DNA of 64,000 nt from Planctomycetota bacterium (GTDB lineage Bacteria; Planctomycetota; JAJSAM01; JAJVHW01), in NCBI GenBank assembly GCA_965248445.1, contig CBDFJG010000001.1:128001-192000 (forward strand), read 5' to 3'. A model generated the notes under the pieces. The model worked only from the letters and a program-made list of their open reading frames with translations, searched no databases and had not been told where the DNA came from. This document shows, piece after piece, positions 19,276 to 29,539 of the stretch. The first letter of the stretch is position 1; every line of letters begins with the position of its first letter. A program made the translations under genes and the position numbers.

Positions 19276-21603
19276 ATGCGACAGCTCATCTGCGGCACGT
19301 TCTTGGCCCTGCTCATTGCGTTCACTCCCGCAGTCGCGCAAGACGGCGCAGACGCGGACCTCATCGCCGACCTGGTGGCCGATCTCGGTGCGACGGAGGA
19401 ACACCTACGGAACGAAGCGCGCGAGGCGCTCGTACCGATCGGGGTGCACGCCGTTCCGGCGCTGGTCGCGGCGCTGAAGGGACGCAACGAGGTCGGCCGC
19501 ATCGGCGCGGCGCGAACACTCGGCGAGATGGGCAAGGTTGCGATCGCCGCGGTACCCGCGTTGGTTGCCGCCAAGGCGTCGAAGGATCCGGGACTGCGCG
19601 AGGCAGCCGCGCGTGCGCTGGAGAAGATCGACCCCGCGAAGTTCGCCCCGAAGCCCGCTCCGAAACCCGGTGACCCGCTGGCCGGCGCGTCGATCGATGT
19701 CCTGGTGAAGGCGCTCGCCGACGGAGACAAGGCGAGGCGCCTCTCGGCAGTCAAACACCTGACGCGCGCCGAAGCGCCGTCCGAGCGGATCGTGGACGCG
19801 CTCGCGACTCTGCTCGGCGACGGCGACCCGGACGTCGTTCACGACGCGCTGCGCGGCATCGAGTTCCACGGTACGAAGTCCGCGCATGCCGCCGGGCAGG
19901 TGCTGTCGGTGCTGCACAAGCCCGATCCCCGCCTGCGCGCCGCGGCCTACGACGCGCTCACGCGCATGCGTGCCGGCGCCGTCGCTCCGCTGCTGACTGA
20001 ACTTTCGCGGCTGCACGAGTTGCGGCGCGACGACGACGGCGTGCGGCCGTGGGTCCTGGGCGTGTTGTGGGAGTCCGGTGCGGACGTGACTCCGCTGGCT
20101 ATCGACGCGCTCGGTTCGAAGGACGCTCCCATGCGCGCCGCCGGAGCCGACGCCCTCGGCGCGGTCCGCGCGGACGATCCCCTGGTTCGCGCCGCGCTCT
20201 TCCAGGCGCTCGGCGACAGCGCTTCCGTCGTGCGCCGACAGTCAGCGGAGGCGATCGGTGCCCTCGGGGCGAGTGCGGCGAAGGATGGGTTCGAACCGCT
20301 CATTGCGCTCATGAACGACGCAGAGTCCCGCGCCCAGACCGACGCGGCCCGCGCACTGGGCCAGATCATCGTGGACGTGGTCCGGCAGACGCCGCGCCCG
20401 TCCAGCACGCCTGCGGACGCCAACAAGTCCATCGCGGCCGGGCTGGACTGGCTCGTGCGTCACCAGGGTGGTGACGGACGCTGGAGTTGCGCCTTCTTCG
20501 GCGCGCACTGCCGGGCCGGTGACGAGTGCACCGGTCCCGGGTACGCGCGGAACGACACCGGGCTGACGGGACTCTGCGTCCTGGCGCTCCTGCAGGGCGG
20601 CGCCACCGGAAGGCTGTCGGACGACGACCCGCGCTCGCAGGCCGTACGGATGGGACTGCGCTACCTACTGTCGGTTCAGGACGGCGACGGCGCGTTCGGG
20701 CCGCGCGCGGGGAACGACCAGTGGATCTACGGGCACGGCATCTCCATCCTAGCGTGCTGCGAAGCCTGGTCCCGGACGCGCAACCCGCTGTATCGAGGTC
20801 CCATCCAGAAGGCGCTCGACTTCACGGCGACTGCGCGCAATCCGGATTCCGCGTGGCGCTACGGAGTCCGCCCCGGAGATGACGACACGTCCGTCACAGG
20901 GTGGATGGTGGCGGCTCTCAAGACGGGTCAGCGCGCCGGACTGCACGTGGACCGCACCTGCTTCGACGGCGTGCTCTCGTACCTCGACTCCGTCACGAAC
21001 AAGGAGACCGGCGCGGTGCGTTACTGGACGCAGGGCCCGACGACCGCGGCGCGCATGGGCGAAGTCGCGGAGTCCCATCCGTCGCACATGTCGGACGCGA
21101 TGACGGCATCGGGGCTTCTGCAGCGCCTGCACCTCGGGCACACGCCGAACTCACACGCGTATCTCAAGAAGTCGGTGGAGCGTCTCGGGAAGTTGCGACC
21201 CGAGTGGAACCACGCGAGCGGCGTCATCGACCTCTACTTCTGGTACCCGGCGACCGTCGCACTGCACGAGCTCGGCGGGGAGGCGTGGCGTAAGTGGCGA
21301 GTGGCCCTGCGCAGCACGCTGGTCGGGGCGCAGAACTCGCCGCGCTCCGGGTGCCGCGAGGGATCGTGGGAGCCGGAGGACGCATGGCGCGTCGCAGGCG
21401 GCCGTGTGTACACCACCGCCATGGCCGTGCTCTGCCTCGAGGTCCACAACGACTACGCGCTGCCGATCTCTCGCGCATTCGGATCCAAGGGCCGCGTGCT
21501 GAAGGCGCTACGCGCGCTCACGAAGGTGCGCGACGACGGCGACGCACGCGAGAGCGTCCGCGCCGCCGCCCGCGACGCGCTCGCGACGTACGAGTCGTTC
21601 TGA
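19276..21603 (+). CDS. Secreted HEAT-repeat protein with prenyltransferase/squalene-cyclase-like alpha-alpha toroid domain
   Basis: Signal peptide; about 350 aa of HEAT repeats; QW-like motifs LDWLVRHQGGDGRW, YLLSVQDGDGAF, DDDTSVTGW, GGRVYTTAMAVLCLE. Confidence 0.85.
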   Translation: MRQLICGTFLALLIAFTPAVAQDGADADLIADLVADLGATEEHLRNEAREALVPIGVHAVPALVAALKGRNEVGRIGAARTLGEMGKVAIAAVPALVAAKASKDPGLREAAARALEKIDPAKFAPKPAPKPGDPLAGASIDVLVKALADGDKARRLSAVKHLTRAEAPSERIVDALATLLGDGDPDVVHDALRGIEFHGTKSAHAAGQVLSVLHKPDPRLRAAAYDALTRMRAGAVAPLLTELSRLHELRRDDDGVRPWVLGVLWESGADVTPLAIDALGSKDAPMRAAGADALGAVRADDPLVRAALFQALGDSASVVRRQSAEAIGALGASAAKDGFEPLIALMNDAESRAQTDAARALGQIIVDVVRQTPRPSSTPADANKSIAAGLDWLVRHQGGDGRWSCAFFGAHCRAGDECTGPGYARNDTGLTGLCVLALLQGGATGRLSDDDPRSQAVRMGLRYLLSVQDGDGAFGPRAGNDQWIYGHGISILACCEAWSRTRNPLYRGPIQKALDFTATARNPDSAWRYGVRPGDDDTSVTGWMVAALKTGQRAGLHVDRTCFDGVLSYLDSVTNKETGAVRYWTQGPTTAARMGEVAESHPSHMSDAMTASGLLQRLHLGHTPNSHAYLKKSVERLGKLRPEWNHASGVIDLYFWYPATVALHELGGEAWRKWRVALRSTLVGAQNSPRSGCREGSWEPEDAWRVAGGRVYTTAMAVLCLEVHNDYALPISRAFGSKGRVLKALRALTKVRDDGDARESVRAAARDALATYESF

Positions 21604-21631
21604 GGCGCGACCGCGATCACCGCTCCCGGTA

Positions 21632-22459
21632 TCAGACGTTCACTGCGAAGAACCCGAACTGCAGTGCGTTGAACACGGCATGCGCCACGATCGCGGTGAC
21701 GAGCGAACCGGTGCGGTGGTACAGCCACCCGAGGGCGGCGCCGACGAGCGCCAGAGGAATCGCGAGCACGAGCGTGTCAGCGGAGGACACGTGCATCAGC
21801 CCGAACACGATCGCTTGGATCGTGTTGGCCCGGGTGAACGACATGCGGAACAGCGGCGGGAACCCGGACGCCGGACGCCGCGGCGGGCTGCCGATCGGCG
21901 GGGGGCCCGGGCTGCGGTTGGCGAGCGCAGAGAGCAACGCGCCGCGGTAGACAATCTCCTCGGCCAACGGAGCGCCGGCCGTCGCACAGACCGCGATGAT
22001 GCACCACTCGAGGCCCTCGACCTGGCTGAGGATCTCGACCACCGGCTGCTGCGGGATCGGATGACCGAGCCGCGCGTACGTCCACGCGATCAGCGCTGTC
22101 AGGGCGAGCGTGAAGCCGAAGATCACGACGCCGCCCAGTAGGCCGGTCAGCACGCGCCGGGGAACACGGATGCGGGAGACGAGTCCGCCCCCGGCGACGA
22201 TCGGCCACAGCACCACCGCGATCCCGACGTGCACGGACGTGATGACCAGCAGCCGCGACACCAGGCCCTCGACGGCCGTCGCGGCGAACGTGCCGCCAAT
22301 CACCCACAGCAGAAACGCCGCCGCGAACGCGGGGAACGTGTCCGGGAACGAACCTGCGGGGCGCGGTCCGAGCGCGTCCATGCCGCGCCGGCGCGCGAAG
22401 TACAGGTAGCTCAGCACTGCGGTGACCGCGGCGCCGACCGCGACAAGGAACTCGGTCAC
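21632..22459 (-). CDS. CPBP-family (CAAX/Abi) intramembrane glutamic endopeptidase
   Basis: PLAEEIVYRG, FGLMH, GSLVTAIVAHAVFN. Confidence 0.9.
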   Translation of the reverse strand: MTEFLVAVGAAVTAVLSYLYFARRRGMDALGPRPAGSFPDTFPAFAAAFLLWVIGGTFAATAVEGLVSRLLVITSVHVGIAVVLWPIVAGGGLVSRIRVPRRVLTGLLGGVVIFGFTLALTALIAWTYARLGHPIPQQPVVEILSQVEGLEWCIIAVCATAGAPLAEEIVYRGALLSALANRSPGPPPIGSPPRRPASGFPPLFRMSFTRANTIQAIVFGLMHVSSADTLVLAIPLALVGAALGWLYHRTGSLVTAIVAHAVFNALQFGFFAVNV

Positions 22460-23235
22460 TACTCGATGATGCCGGTAGTCGGCGAAGACGCCGCGCCGCC
22501 GGGCGTCTCGGCCATGCGCCCGGCGAGGTAGCCGTGACGTCCGGCGTCGCAGCCGAGTCGCATGCCGTGCGCCATCGCGACGGGATCGTTCGCCTTGGCC
22601 ACTGCGGTGTTGACGATGACTCCGTCGGCGCCGAGCTCCATGGCCTGCGCCACGTGTGACGGGGCGCCGAGGCCCGCGTCCACGAGCACGGGGACCGTCG
22701 CGTGGTCGATGATCATCGCGATGTGGTGCGGGTTGAGGATGCCCATGCCCGAACCGATGGATGATCCGAGCGGCATCACCGCGTGGGCGCCGCGTTCCTC
22801 GATGCGCTTGGCGAGGACCGGATCGTCGCCGCAGTACACCATCACGGTGAACTCGTCCTTCACGAGCTCATCGAGCGCGACGAGCGTCTCGAGCGGCTCC
22901 GGCAGCAGCGACGCCTGGTCGTACAGCACCTCGAGCTTCACGAGGTCGGTTGCCAGCAACTCGCGCGACAGCCGCGCCGTTCGCACGGCGTCCTCGGCGT
23001 TGAAGCACCCGGCGGTGTTCGGGAGGATCGCGTAGCCGTCGAGGTGGTGGAGGATGTTCTTCCCGGGCTCGTCGAGCGGCACGCGCCTGATGGCGACCGT
23101 GACCAGTGCGGTTCCTGACGCGGACAGTGCCTGTTCCATCACCTCGAACGTCGTGTACTTGCCGGTGCCGAGCACGAGCCGCGACTCGAAGCAGTGCGCC
23201 CCGACGTTCAGATGGTCGTGGTTGTTGTCGCTCAT
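22459..23235 (-). CDS. thiG: Thiazole synthase
   Basis: SRLVLGTGKY, LPNTAGC, VKLEV, VMPLGSSIGSGMG, VLVDAGLG, VIVNTAVA. Confidence 0.96.
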   Translation of the reverse strand: MSDNNHDHLNVGAHCFESRLVLGTGKYTTFEVMEQALSASGTALVTVAIRRVPLDEPGKNILHHLDGYAILPNTAGCFNAEDAVRTARLSRELLATDLVKLEVLYDQASLLPEPLETLVALDELVKDEFTVMVYCGDDPVLAKRIEERGAHAVMPLGSSIGSGMGILNPHHIAMIIDHATVPVLVDAGLGAPSHVAQAMELGADGVIVNTAVAKANDPVAMAHGMRLGCDAGRHGYLAGRMAETPGGAASSPTTGIIE

Positions 23236-23436
23236 CTACCCGCCCCCGACCATGGTCACGATCTCAATGCGGTCACCGTCTTTCAGCGACGTGGCGTCGT
23301 GCTGCGCCCGCGGCACGATCTCCCTGTTGCGCTCGACGGCGATGAACTTCGTGGGCATCTCGAGATGCGTGAGCAGTGCCGCGACCGTGAGGCCGCTCGG
23401 GACGTCACGCTCTTCGCCGTTCACGACGACGAGCAC
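23236..23436 (-). CDS. thiS: Sulfur carrier protein ThiS
   Basis: VVNGEER...AVERNREIVP...GDRIEIVTMVGGG, C-terminal GG. Confidence 0.95.
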   Translation of the reverse strand: MLVVVNGEERDVPSGLTVAALLTHLEMPTKFIAVERNREIVPRAQHDATSLKDGDRIEIVTMVGGG

Positions 23437-24731
23437 TACTGCTTCTCCCACTTGTAGAGCTCGATCACGTCGGCCAGCGTGCGTCCCTCGTGGACGATCT
23501 CGTGGCGCACGCGGTTCTCCTTCTCGAGGCAGTCGAGTGCGCGATTGGCCATCTCGACGGCACGCTCCTTCGGGAGGACGATGACCCCGTCGTCGTCCGC
23601 GACGACCCAATCGCCCGGGCGGATCGTGAAACCGCCGATCCGCAGCGTGACGTCCTCCTCACCGAACCCCTTCGGCTCCCCCGCGTGCGGGACGATGTGC
23701 GTCGCCCACGCGGGGAACGCAACCTTGCGGATCTCCGGCGTGTCGCGAATGGCACCGTGGATCACGACGCCCGCGATCCCTCGCTGAATCGAGCTGTGCG
23801 TCGCGAGTTCCCCCCAGATCGCCGGTGGGACGCCGCCGGTGTCGATCACGATCACGGACCCCGGCGGCGCGTTGTCGATGGCCTCGACGGGCTTCGCCCA
23901 ATCTCCCGGCGCGGCCCTCACCGTGTACGCCGGCCCGACCGCGCGGGCGCCCGGCACCACGGCACGCAGACCCGGCAGCGGGGGATGACGGTGAAAACCG
24001 TCCGAGACGTTCGGCACGCTGACTTGCTCGAGGATCTCCCGGATCTCTCCCTCGCCGCCGCGCTTGAAGAGCGTGGTCGCGGTGCCCTCGCCCGTGTCGA
24101 TCGCCTTGCGGATCTGCCGCGCCGCCTCGGTCGCGTCCTCGGCCTTGTTGATGAAGCCGCCGACAATTACGACGCGGGCGCCCGCGGCCACCGCCGCCGC
24201 CGCCGATTCGCTGTGCAATCCGCCGGCACAGGCGACGGGGATATCCACCGCCGCAGCGACCCGCCGAAGCAGGTCGAACGGGTCGCGGCCGGCCATCTGG
24301 TCGTCGATCGGGCAGTGGACGCCGACCACGTCGGCCCCCCAGGCCGCGGCCTCCTGCGCGCGCTCCTCCGGCGCGGGGTGTCCGAGTAGATCCACGTACA
24401 CCTTGCAGCCGTAGTTGCGGCCGGCCTCGACGCACTCCTTGATCGTCTGATCCGAGGCCACGCCGAGGACCGTGACCATCGTGGCGCCGGCCTTGGCGGC
24501 GATCTCGAACTCGGCCCGTCCGGCGTCCATCGTCTTGCTGTCGCAGACGATCGCCACGCTGCCGAACTCGCGCCGGAGAGCCCGCACGGCCTCGAGGCCC
24601 TCGGCCTTGAGGAGCGGCGTCCCGACCTCGAGGACGTCTGCGCCACCGGCCAGCGCCTCCCGCGCGCACTTCATCGCCCGCGAGAGGTTCACGTAGTCGA
24701 GCGCCACCTGCAGTCGGACCCTGTCCTGCAT
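23436..24731 (-). CDS. 3-hexulose-6-phosphate synthase (HPS/KGPDC) fused to an RraA/HMG-aldolase-like domain
   Basis: N-terminal LQVALD, EVGTPL, DSKTMDAG, VGVHCPID, AGGL; C-terminal VPNVSDG, GPAYTV, AIWGELAT, GAIRD, PGDWVVADDDGVIV. Confidence 0.9.
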   Translation of the reverse strand: MQDRVRLQVALDYVNLSRAMKCAREALAGGADVLEVGTPLLKAEGLEAVRALRREFGSVAIVCDSKTMDAGRAEFEIAAKAGATMVTVLGVASDQTIKECVEAGRNYGCKVYVDLLGHPAPEERAQEAAAWGADVVGVHCPIDDQMAGRDPFDLLRRVAAAVDIPVACAGGLHSESAAAAVAAGARVVIVGGFINKAEDATEAARQIRKAIDTGEGTATTLFKRGGEGEIREILEQVSVPNVSDGFHRHPPLPGLRAVVPGARAVGPAYTVRAAPGDWAKPVEAIDNAPPGSVIVIDTGGVPPAIWGELATHSSIQRGIAGVVIHGAIRDTPEIRKVAFPAWATHIVPHAGEPKGFGEEDVTLRIGGFTIRPGDWVVADDDGVIVLPKERAVEMANRALDCLEKENRVRHEIVHEGRTLADVIELYKWEKQ

Positions 24732-24862
24732 GGCCGACACGTTAGCCGCGGGGTCCGGGGGCCGCGTTGAATCCCACGCGAGCGGTCGGCGTGTCGTGAA
24801 CGGAACAGCCCCGAGCCTCGGCCTCGCCGGGACCCCCTACGGGGGTCTGCTTCGCCCTTTGT

Positions 24863-24891
24863 TTGCCTTCGACTCTGGGAGCGGCTATCAA
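24863..24891 (+). promoter_or_regulatory. Putative sigma70 promoter of the nusA operon
   Basis: TTGCCT-17 nt-TATCAA. Confidence 0.45.
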
Positions 24892-24940
24892 GGCTGGCTT
24901 GGCTCGGCGACGAGCCGCGTCAGCGCCGCGTCAGCGGTTG

Positions 24941-24970
24941 GCGGCGGGTAGCAACCCTGTCGCTTTTTTT
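24941..24970 (+). terminator. Leader terminator/attenuator upstream of nusA (rimP-leader-like)
   Basis: GCGGCGGGT-AGCA-ACCCTGTCGC hairpin followed by T7, 35 nt before the nusA start. Confidence 0.65.
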
Positions 24971-25005
24971 GTCGGTCGAGTTTCGAACACCTGCGGAGGA
25001 CGGAC

Positions 25006-26331
25006 GTGCAAGGCGACGAGCTGCTGCGACTCGTGGACGCGATTCATCGCGACCGCAGCGTGGACAAGGAGGACCTGTTCCAGGCACTGGAGCATGCCCT
25101 TCTGACCGCCGTGCGCAAGAAGTTCGGAGAGTCCGCCCGCATCGCCGCGTTCATCGACCGCGAAACCGGCAACATCCGAATCGTCGGCCCCGAGGGCGAC
25201 ATCGACATGTCGGAGCTCGGACGCATTCCGGCCCAGACCGCCAAACAGGTCTTCGGGCAGATCCTGCGCGAGCGCGAACGCGAGGTCATCTTCAGCGAGT
25301 TCGACCGCTTCCAGCGGGCGCTCGTCAACGGCACCGTGTACCGCCTGGACGGCACGGCAGTGATCGTGAACCTGAACAAGACCGAGGGCTACCTCCCCAA
25401 GCACGAACAGGTTCGGGGTGAGTCGTATCGCGTCGGCGACCGCGTGCTCTGCTACGTGGTCGAGGTGAAGAAGATCGGCAACCGCGTGAAGATCATCCTC
25501 TCGCGGTCGCACCCCGACATGATCCGGCGCCTCTTCGAGCGCGAGATCCCCGAGATCGCCGACGGCGTGGTCGAGATCGTGAAGCTGGTGCGCGAGGCCG
25601 GCTACAAGACCAAGGTCGCGTGCTTGAGCAGCGACCCGAAGGTCGATCCGATCGGCGCGTGTGTCGGCGTGCGCGGCACACGCATCAAGAACGTCACCGA
25701 AGAACTCGGCGGCGAGAAGATCGACATCATCCGGTGGAGCGACTCCCCCGAGGTGTTGATCGTCAACGCGCTGAAGCCCGCGCAGATCAACTCGATCACG
25801 CTCTACGAGGACCACCGCAAGGCGTTGGTCGCCGTGGACGAGGACCAGCTCTCGCTCGCGATCGGCAAGAAGGGCGCCAACGTGCGCCTCGCCTCGAAGC
25901 TCTCCGGCTGGGACATCGACATCCTGTCCGAGCAGGAGGCCCGCGAGCAGGGCATGTTCGACTCGCCCGCCGAGACCGAAGCGGTCGCCGCTGACGCGGC
26001 GGTGATTTCTGGCCCATCCGCGTCTTCTGGCCCATCTGCTGACGCAGATGGCGCGGTTGGTGCGACGGGTGCAGATGGTGCGACCGGCGACGTTGCTGCG
26101 ACGGGTGCCGTTGCTGCTGCGGCGGCGGTTGTGCCGGACGCGGCCGAGACCCCGGCTGCCGAAGAGACGGCCGCGGTAGAGACAGCGCCCGAAGACACCG
26201 CCGCCGCGGAGGCGGCGACCGAGGAGACCGCCGCGGCGACGCCCGACGGCGAACAGGAGGTGGCCGCGGTGGCCGCCGAGACGACCGATGACGCAGAGTC
26301 CGTTGCGCGCGATAGCGAGGGGACCGCCTAG
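25006..26331 (+). CDS. nusA: Transcription termination factor NusA with long Ala/acidic C-terminal tail
   Basis: [69 protein letters not shown]. Confidence 0.97.
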   Translation: MQGDELLRLVDAIHRDRSVDKEDLFQALEHALLTAVRKKFGESARIAAFIDRETGNIRIVGPEGDIDMSELGRIPAQTAKQVFGQILREREREVIFSEFDRFQRALVNGTVYRLDGTAVIVNLNKTEGYLPKHEQVRGESYRVGDRVLCYVVEVKKIGNRVKIILSRSHPDMIRRLFEREIPEIADGVVEIVKLVREAGYKTKVACLSSDPKVDPIGACVGVRGTRIKNVTEELGGEKIDIIRWSDSPEVLIVNALKPAQINSITLYEDHRKALVAVDEDQLSLAIGKKGANVRLASKLSGWDIDILSEQEAREQGMFDSPAETEAVAADAAVISGPSASSGPSADADGAVGATGADGATGDVAATGAVAAAAAVVPDAAETPAAEETAAVETAPEDTAAAEAATEETAAATPDGEQEVAAVAAETTDDAESVARDSEGTA

Positions 26332-26339
26332 CAGCCTCC

Positions 26340-28832
26340 GTGACCGCCACAGCGACAGAACCTGAACGAGAAGAGACCACCCACTTGCGCGTGTACCAGA
26401 TCGCCCGAGAGTTGGAGCGCCCCCACCGGGCGATGCTCCAGCTCCTTCGTGAGCTCGGCCATGACGTCCCAAGCCACATGGCACGTCTCTCCGGCGATCA
26501 GGAAGTGCAACTGCGAGAGGCCATCGAGCGCCAGGAACGGGGCGCACCCGCGGTGCGCCCGGCGCACACGGCCTCGCAGTCCGTCAGCGCCGCCAAGGTC
26601 GCGTCCGTCGTCGGCACGATCGACCTGACCGAGGACACCGAGTGGGACTCGAAGACCGGCGCGCCGCCGCGCCCTGCGGCCACGGGCACATCCCCAGCGC
26701 GTACCGGCCCAGCCCCTGTGCGCCGCCGCGGCCCAGCGCGCGACCGCCGTCCAGGCATCAACCGCGAAGAGCTCGCCGACCGCATCTCCCGTGAGGCCCA
26801 GGAAGAGGGCCTCGAGATGGTGGTGGACGAGGACCTGATCGGTCCTCCGCTCCCGACCGAGGGCCTCGTCGCCGAAACCGGCGTACTCCGGACCGTCGAC
26901 CTCACGGCACTCGAGGACGCGCCGGCCGCGAAGGCCCCGCCGCCCACCGAGCGCCCGCGCCGCGTGCGCACTCCGCGCCGCCACGTGCGCGCGCTGACCC
27001 GCCGCCGCCGCGTCGGCCCGAAGGTCTCGATCCAGGCGTCCCAGAACCTCGCCGTCACCATCCCCATCACGATGAAGGAGCTGTCGCAGGTCTTCGGCGT
27101 GCAGCTCAACGAGATGATGAAGCGGATGTTCGCGACGACTAAAGACTTCAGCATCAACATCAACTCGAAGCTCGACGAGGAGCAGGTGGGGTTCCTCGCC
27201 GAGGAGTTCCAGCGCACCGTCACGCTGACGACGCAGAAGGACGCGGAAGAGAAGCTCGAAGACCTGGTGCTCGAGCGAGAGGTCCAGAACGCCGGTGACG
27301 CGTCGACACGCGCGCCCGTCATCGCGATCCTCGGCCACGTGGACCACGGCAAGACGTCGCTGCTCGACAAGATCCGCGACGCCCACGTCGCCGACAAGGA
27401 GCACGGCGGCATCACGCAGCACATCGGCGCGTTCCAGGTCCAGACCAAGGACGGCCACGCGGTCACGTTCCTGGACACGCCCGGCCACGCGGCATTCACG
27501 TCGATGCGTGCCCGTGGCGCACAGGTCGCGGACATCGTCGTCCTCGTAGTCGCAGCGGACGACGGCGTCATGCCGCAGACCGAAGAGGCGATCAACCACG
27601 CGAAGGTCGCCGAGGTCCCGATCGTGGTCGCGGTGAACAAGATCGACAAGGACAACGCCAAGGTCGAGAAGGTCATCGCCGAGCTCGCCGCGCACGGACT
27701 GCAGGCCGAGGAGTGGGGCGGCGACACCCAGGTCATCAAGGTCAGCGCGCACACCGGCGAGGGCCTCGACACCTTGCTCGAGGCCCTCGCGCTCCAGGCC
27801 GAGATGGGTGAGCTGATGGCACACCCCGAGCTGCCGGCACGAGGTCACGTCATCGAAGCGCGCAAGGACCCGAACCGCGGCGTCATCTGCACACTGCTCG
27901 TGGCGGAAGGCACGCTGCGTCGTGGCGACACGGCCATCGCCGGGCTCGGCATGGGCCGCGTCCGCCGCATGCAGGACGAGAAGGGTCGCCTGGTCAAGGA
28001 GGCGCCGCCGTCCACGCCCGTCGAAGTGTTCGGTCTGGCCGAGCCGCCGGACGCAGGCGAGACGTTCCTCGTCGTGAACGACAAGCTTCTCGCCAAGGAA
28101 ACGCTCGAGGGCCGCCGCCGCCGCGATCGCGACGCGAACGTCCGCGAGCGCCCGCAGGTCACGCTGGCGACGATCTTCGGCGACGGCGCAGAGGATCAGG
28201 CCGCGGAGCTGAAGATCATCCTGAAGGCCGACGTGCGCGGCTCGCTCGAGCCGATCAGGAACGAGTTGCAGAAGCTCGACCACCCCGAGGTCAAGGTCAA
28301 CCTGCTGTACGCGGGCCTCGGCGCGGTCACGCAGAGCGACGTCGATAACGCCATCGTCGCGAACGCGGTGATCATCGGGTTCCACGTCCTGACGGAACCG
28401 GCGGCGAAGAAGGAGGCTGAGCGCCAGAAGGTCGAGATCCGGCCGTACATGATGATCTACGAGGTCGTCGACGACATCAAGGCGGCGATGGAGAACCTGC
28501 TCACGCCCGAGCGGCGCGAGGAGGTCACCGGGCACGCCGAGATCCGCCAGATCTTCAGTTCGAGCAAGCTGGGCAACCTGTCCGGCTGCTACGTCATCGA
28601 CGGCACGATCGGACGCGACGAGTACATCCGCCTCTACCGCGGCGGCAAGCTTCTGTACGGCGACAAGAAGACCGCGCAGGTCGACTCGCTCAAGCGGTTC
28701 AAGGACGACGTCAAGGAGGTCCGCGAGGGCTTCGAGTGCGGTATCCGCATCTCGGCGTATCAGGACGTCAAGGAAGGCGACGTCATCGAGTTCTACGCGC
28801 TGCGCGAGATCAAGCGTTCGCTGGACGGCTAG
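26340..28832 (+). CDS. infB: Translation initiation factor IF-2
   Basis: [59 protein letters not shown]. Confidence 0.98.
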   Translation: MTATATEPEREETTHLRVYQIARELERPHRAMLQLLRELGHDVPSHMARLSGDQEVQLREAIERQERGAPAVRPAHTASQSVSAAKVASVVGTIDLTEDTEWDSKTGAPPRPAATGTSPARTGPAPVRRRGPARDRRPGINREELADRISREAQEEGLEMVVDEDLIGPPLPTEGLVAETGVLRTVDLTALEDAPAAKAPPPTERPRRVRTPRRHVRALTRRRRVGPKVSIQASQNLAVTIPITMKELSQVFGVQLNEMMKRMFATTKDFSININSKLDEEQVGFLAEEFQRTVTLTTQKDAEEKLEDLVLEREVQNAGDASTRAPVIAILGHVDHGKTSLLDKIRDAHVADKEHGGITQHIGAFQVQTKDGHAVTFLDTPGHAAFTSMRARGAQVADIVVLVVAADDGVMPQTEEAINHAKVAEVPIVVAVNKIDKDNAKVEKVIAELAAHGLQAEEWGGDTQVIKVSAHTGEGLDTLLEALALQAEMGELMAHPELPARGHVIEARKDPNRGVICTLLVAEGTLRRGDTAIAGLGMGRVRRMQDEKGRLVKEAPPSTPVEVFGLAEPPDAGETFLVVNDKLLAKETLEGRRRRDRDANVRERPQVTLATIFGDGAEDQAAELKIILKADVRGSLEPIRNELQKLDHPEVKVNLLYAGLGAVTQSDVDNAIVANAVIIGFHVLTEPAAKKEAERQKVEIRPYMMIYEVVDDIKAAMENLLTPERREEVTGHAEIRQIFSSSKLGNLSGCYVIDGTIGRDEYIRLYRGGKLLYGDKKTAQVDSLKRFKDDVKEVREGFECGIRISAYQDVKEGDVIEFYALREIKRSLDG

Positions 28833-29113
28833 TGTTCGTAGGCGTCCTGCAAGTACAGCTCGGCATCCCGGACGCGCACTCGCTCAAGGAGAAGCGCCGC
28901 GTCGTGAAGAGCGTGCTCGACCGCATGCGCCGCACGTTCGAGGTCGCAGCCGCCGAGGTCACCGACCTGGACGTCTGGAACCGCGCGGGCATCGGCATCG
29001 CCGTCGTCAGCAACGACAAGCGTCACGCAGAATCACGTATTCAGAACGTCCTGAACGCCCTCGAGAACGAGTCCGACGCGATGGTCCTCGGCTCGCAAAT
29101 CGAAGTGCTATGA
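28832..29113 (+). CDS. DUF503 (YlxP-like) protein
   Basis: AHSLKEKRRVVKS...VAAAEVTDLDVWNRAGIG; conserved position between infB and rbfA. Confidence 0.9.
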   Translation: MFVGVLQVQLGIPDAHSLKEKRRVVKSVLDRMRRTFEVAAAEVTDLDVWNRAGIGIAVVSNDKRHAESRIQNVLNALENESDAMVLGSQIEVL

Positions 29114-29125
29114 GAGAAGTCTGAC

Positions 29126-29539
29126 ATCAGTTCCAGCGTACGCCTGAAGCGACTCGAGAAGCTGGCCCTGCAGCGGGCCAGTCAGGTCGTGCTGTACGAA
29201 CTCTCCGACCCTCGCCTCACCCTCATCACACTGACGCGCTGCGAGCTCACCGCGGACCTGTCGTACATCACCATCCACTGGTCGGTGATCGGCGACGACG
29301 CTGATCGTTCGAAGGTGAGTCACGCGCTGAACGATTCGCGCCCGGTCGTACAGGGTGCGATCGGCGATGCGTTCCAGACGCGCAAGACGCCGAAGATCCG
29401 CTGGAAGTTCGACGAGTCCGTCGAGGGCGCCATGAAGGTCGGCAGCCTGCTCGACGACCTCAAGCAAGAGCGCATCCAGCGGGGCGACGACGAGGAACTT
29501 CCCGAAGAGCCGCCGGACGACGGCAAGCCGGCCTTCTAG
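29126..29539 (+). CDS. rbfA: Ribosome-binding factor A (start codon uncertain: ATC at 29126, or an indel after ATG 29110)
   Basis: SSSVRLKRLEKLALQRASQVVLYELSDPRL, ITLTRCELTADLS, RKTPKIRWKFDES; located after infB. Confidence 0.9.
   Translation: MSSSVRLKRLEKLALQRASQVVLYELSDPRLTLITLTRCELTADLSYITIHWSVIGDDADRSKVSHALNDSRPVVQGAIGDAFQTRKTPKIRWKFDESVEGAMKVGSLLDDLKQERIQRGDDEELPEEPPDDGKPAF

Noticed and set aside
29111..29113. DUF503 TGA as a third selenocysteine codon (in frame with rbfA)
   Set aside because: It lies at the normal DUF503 C-terminus, not at a Cys position, and no SECIS-like hairpin follows.
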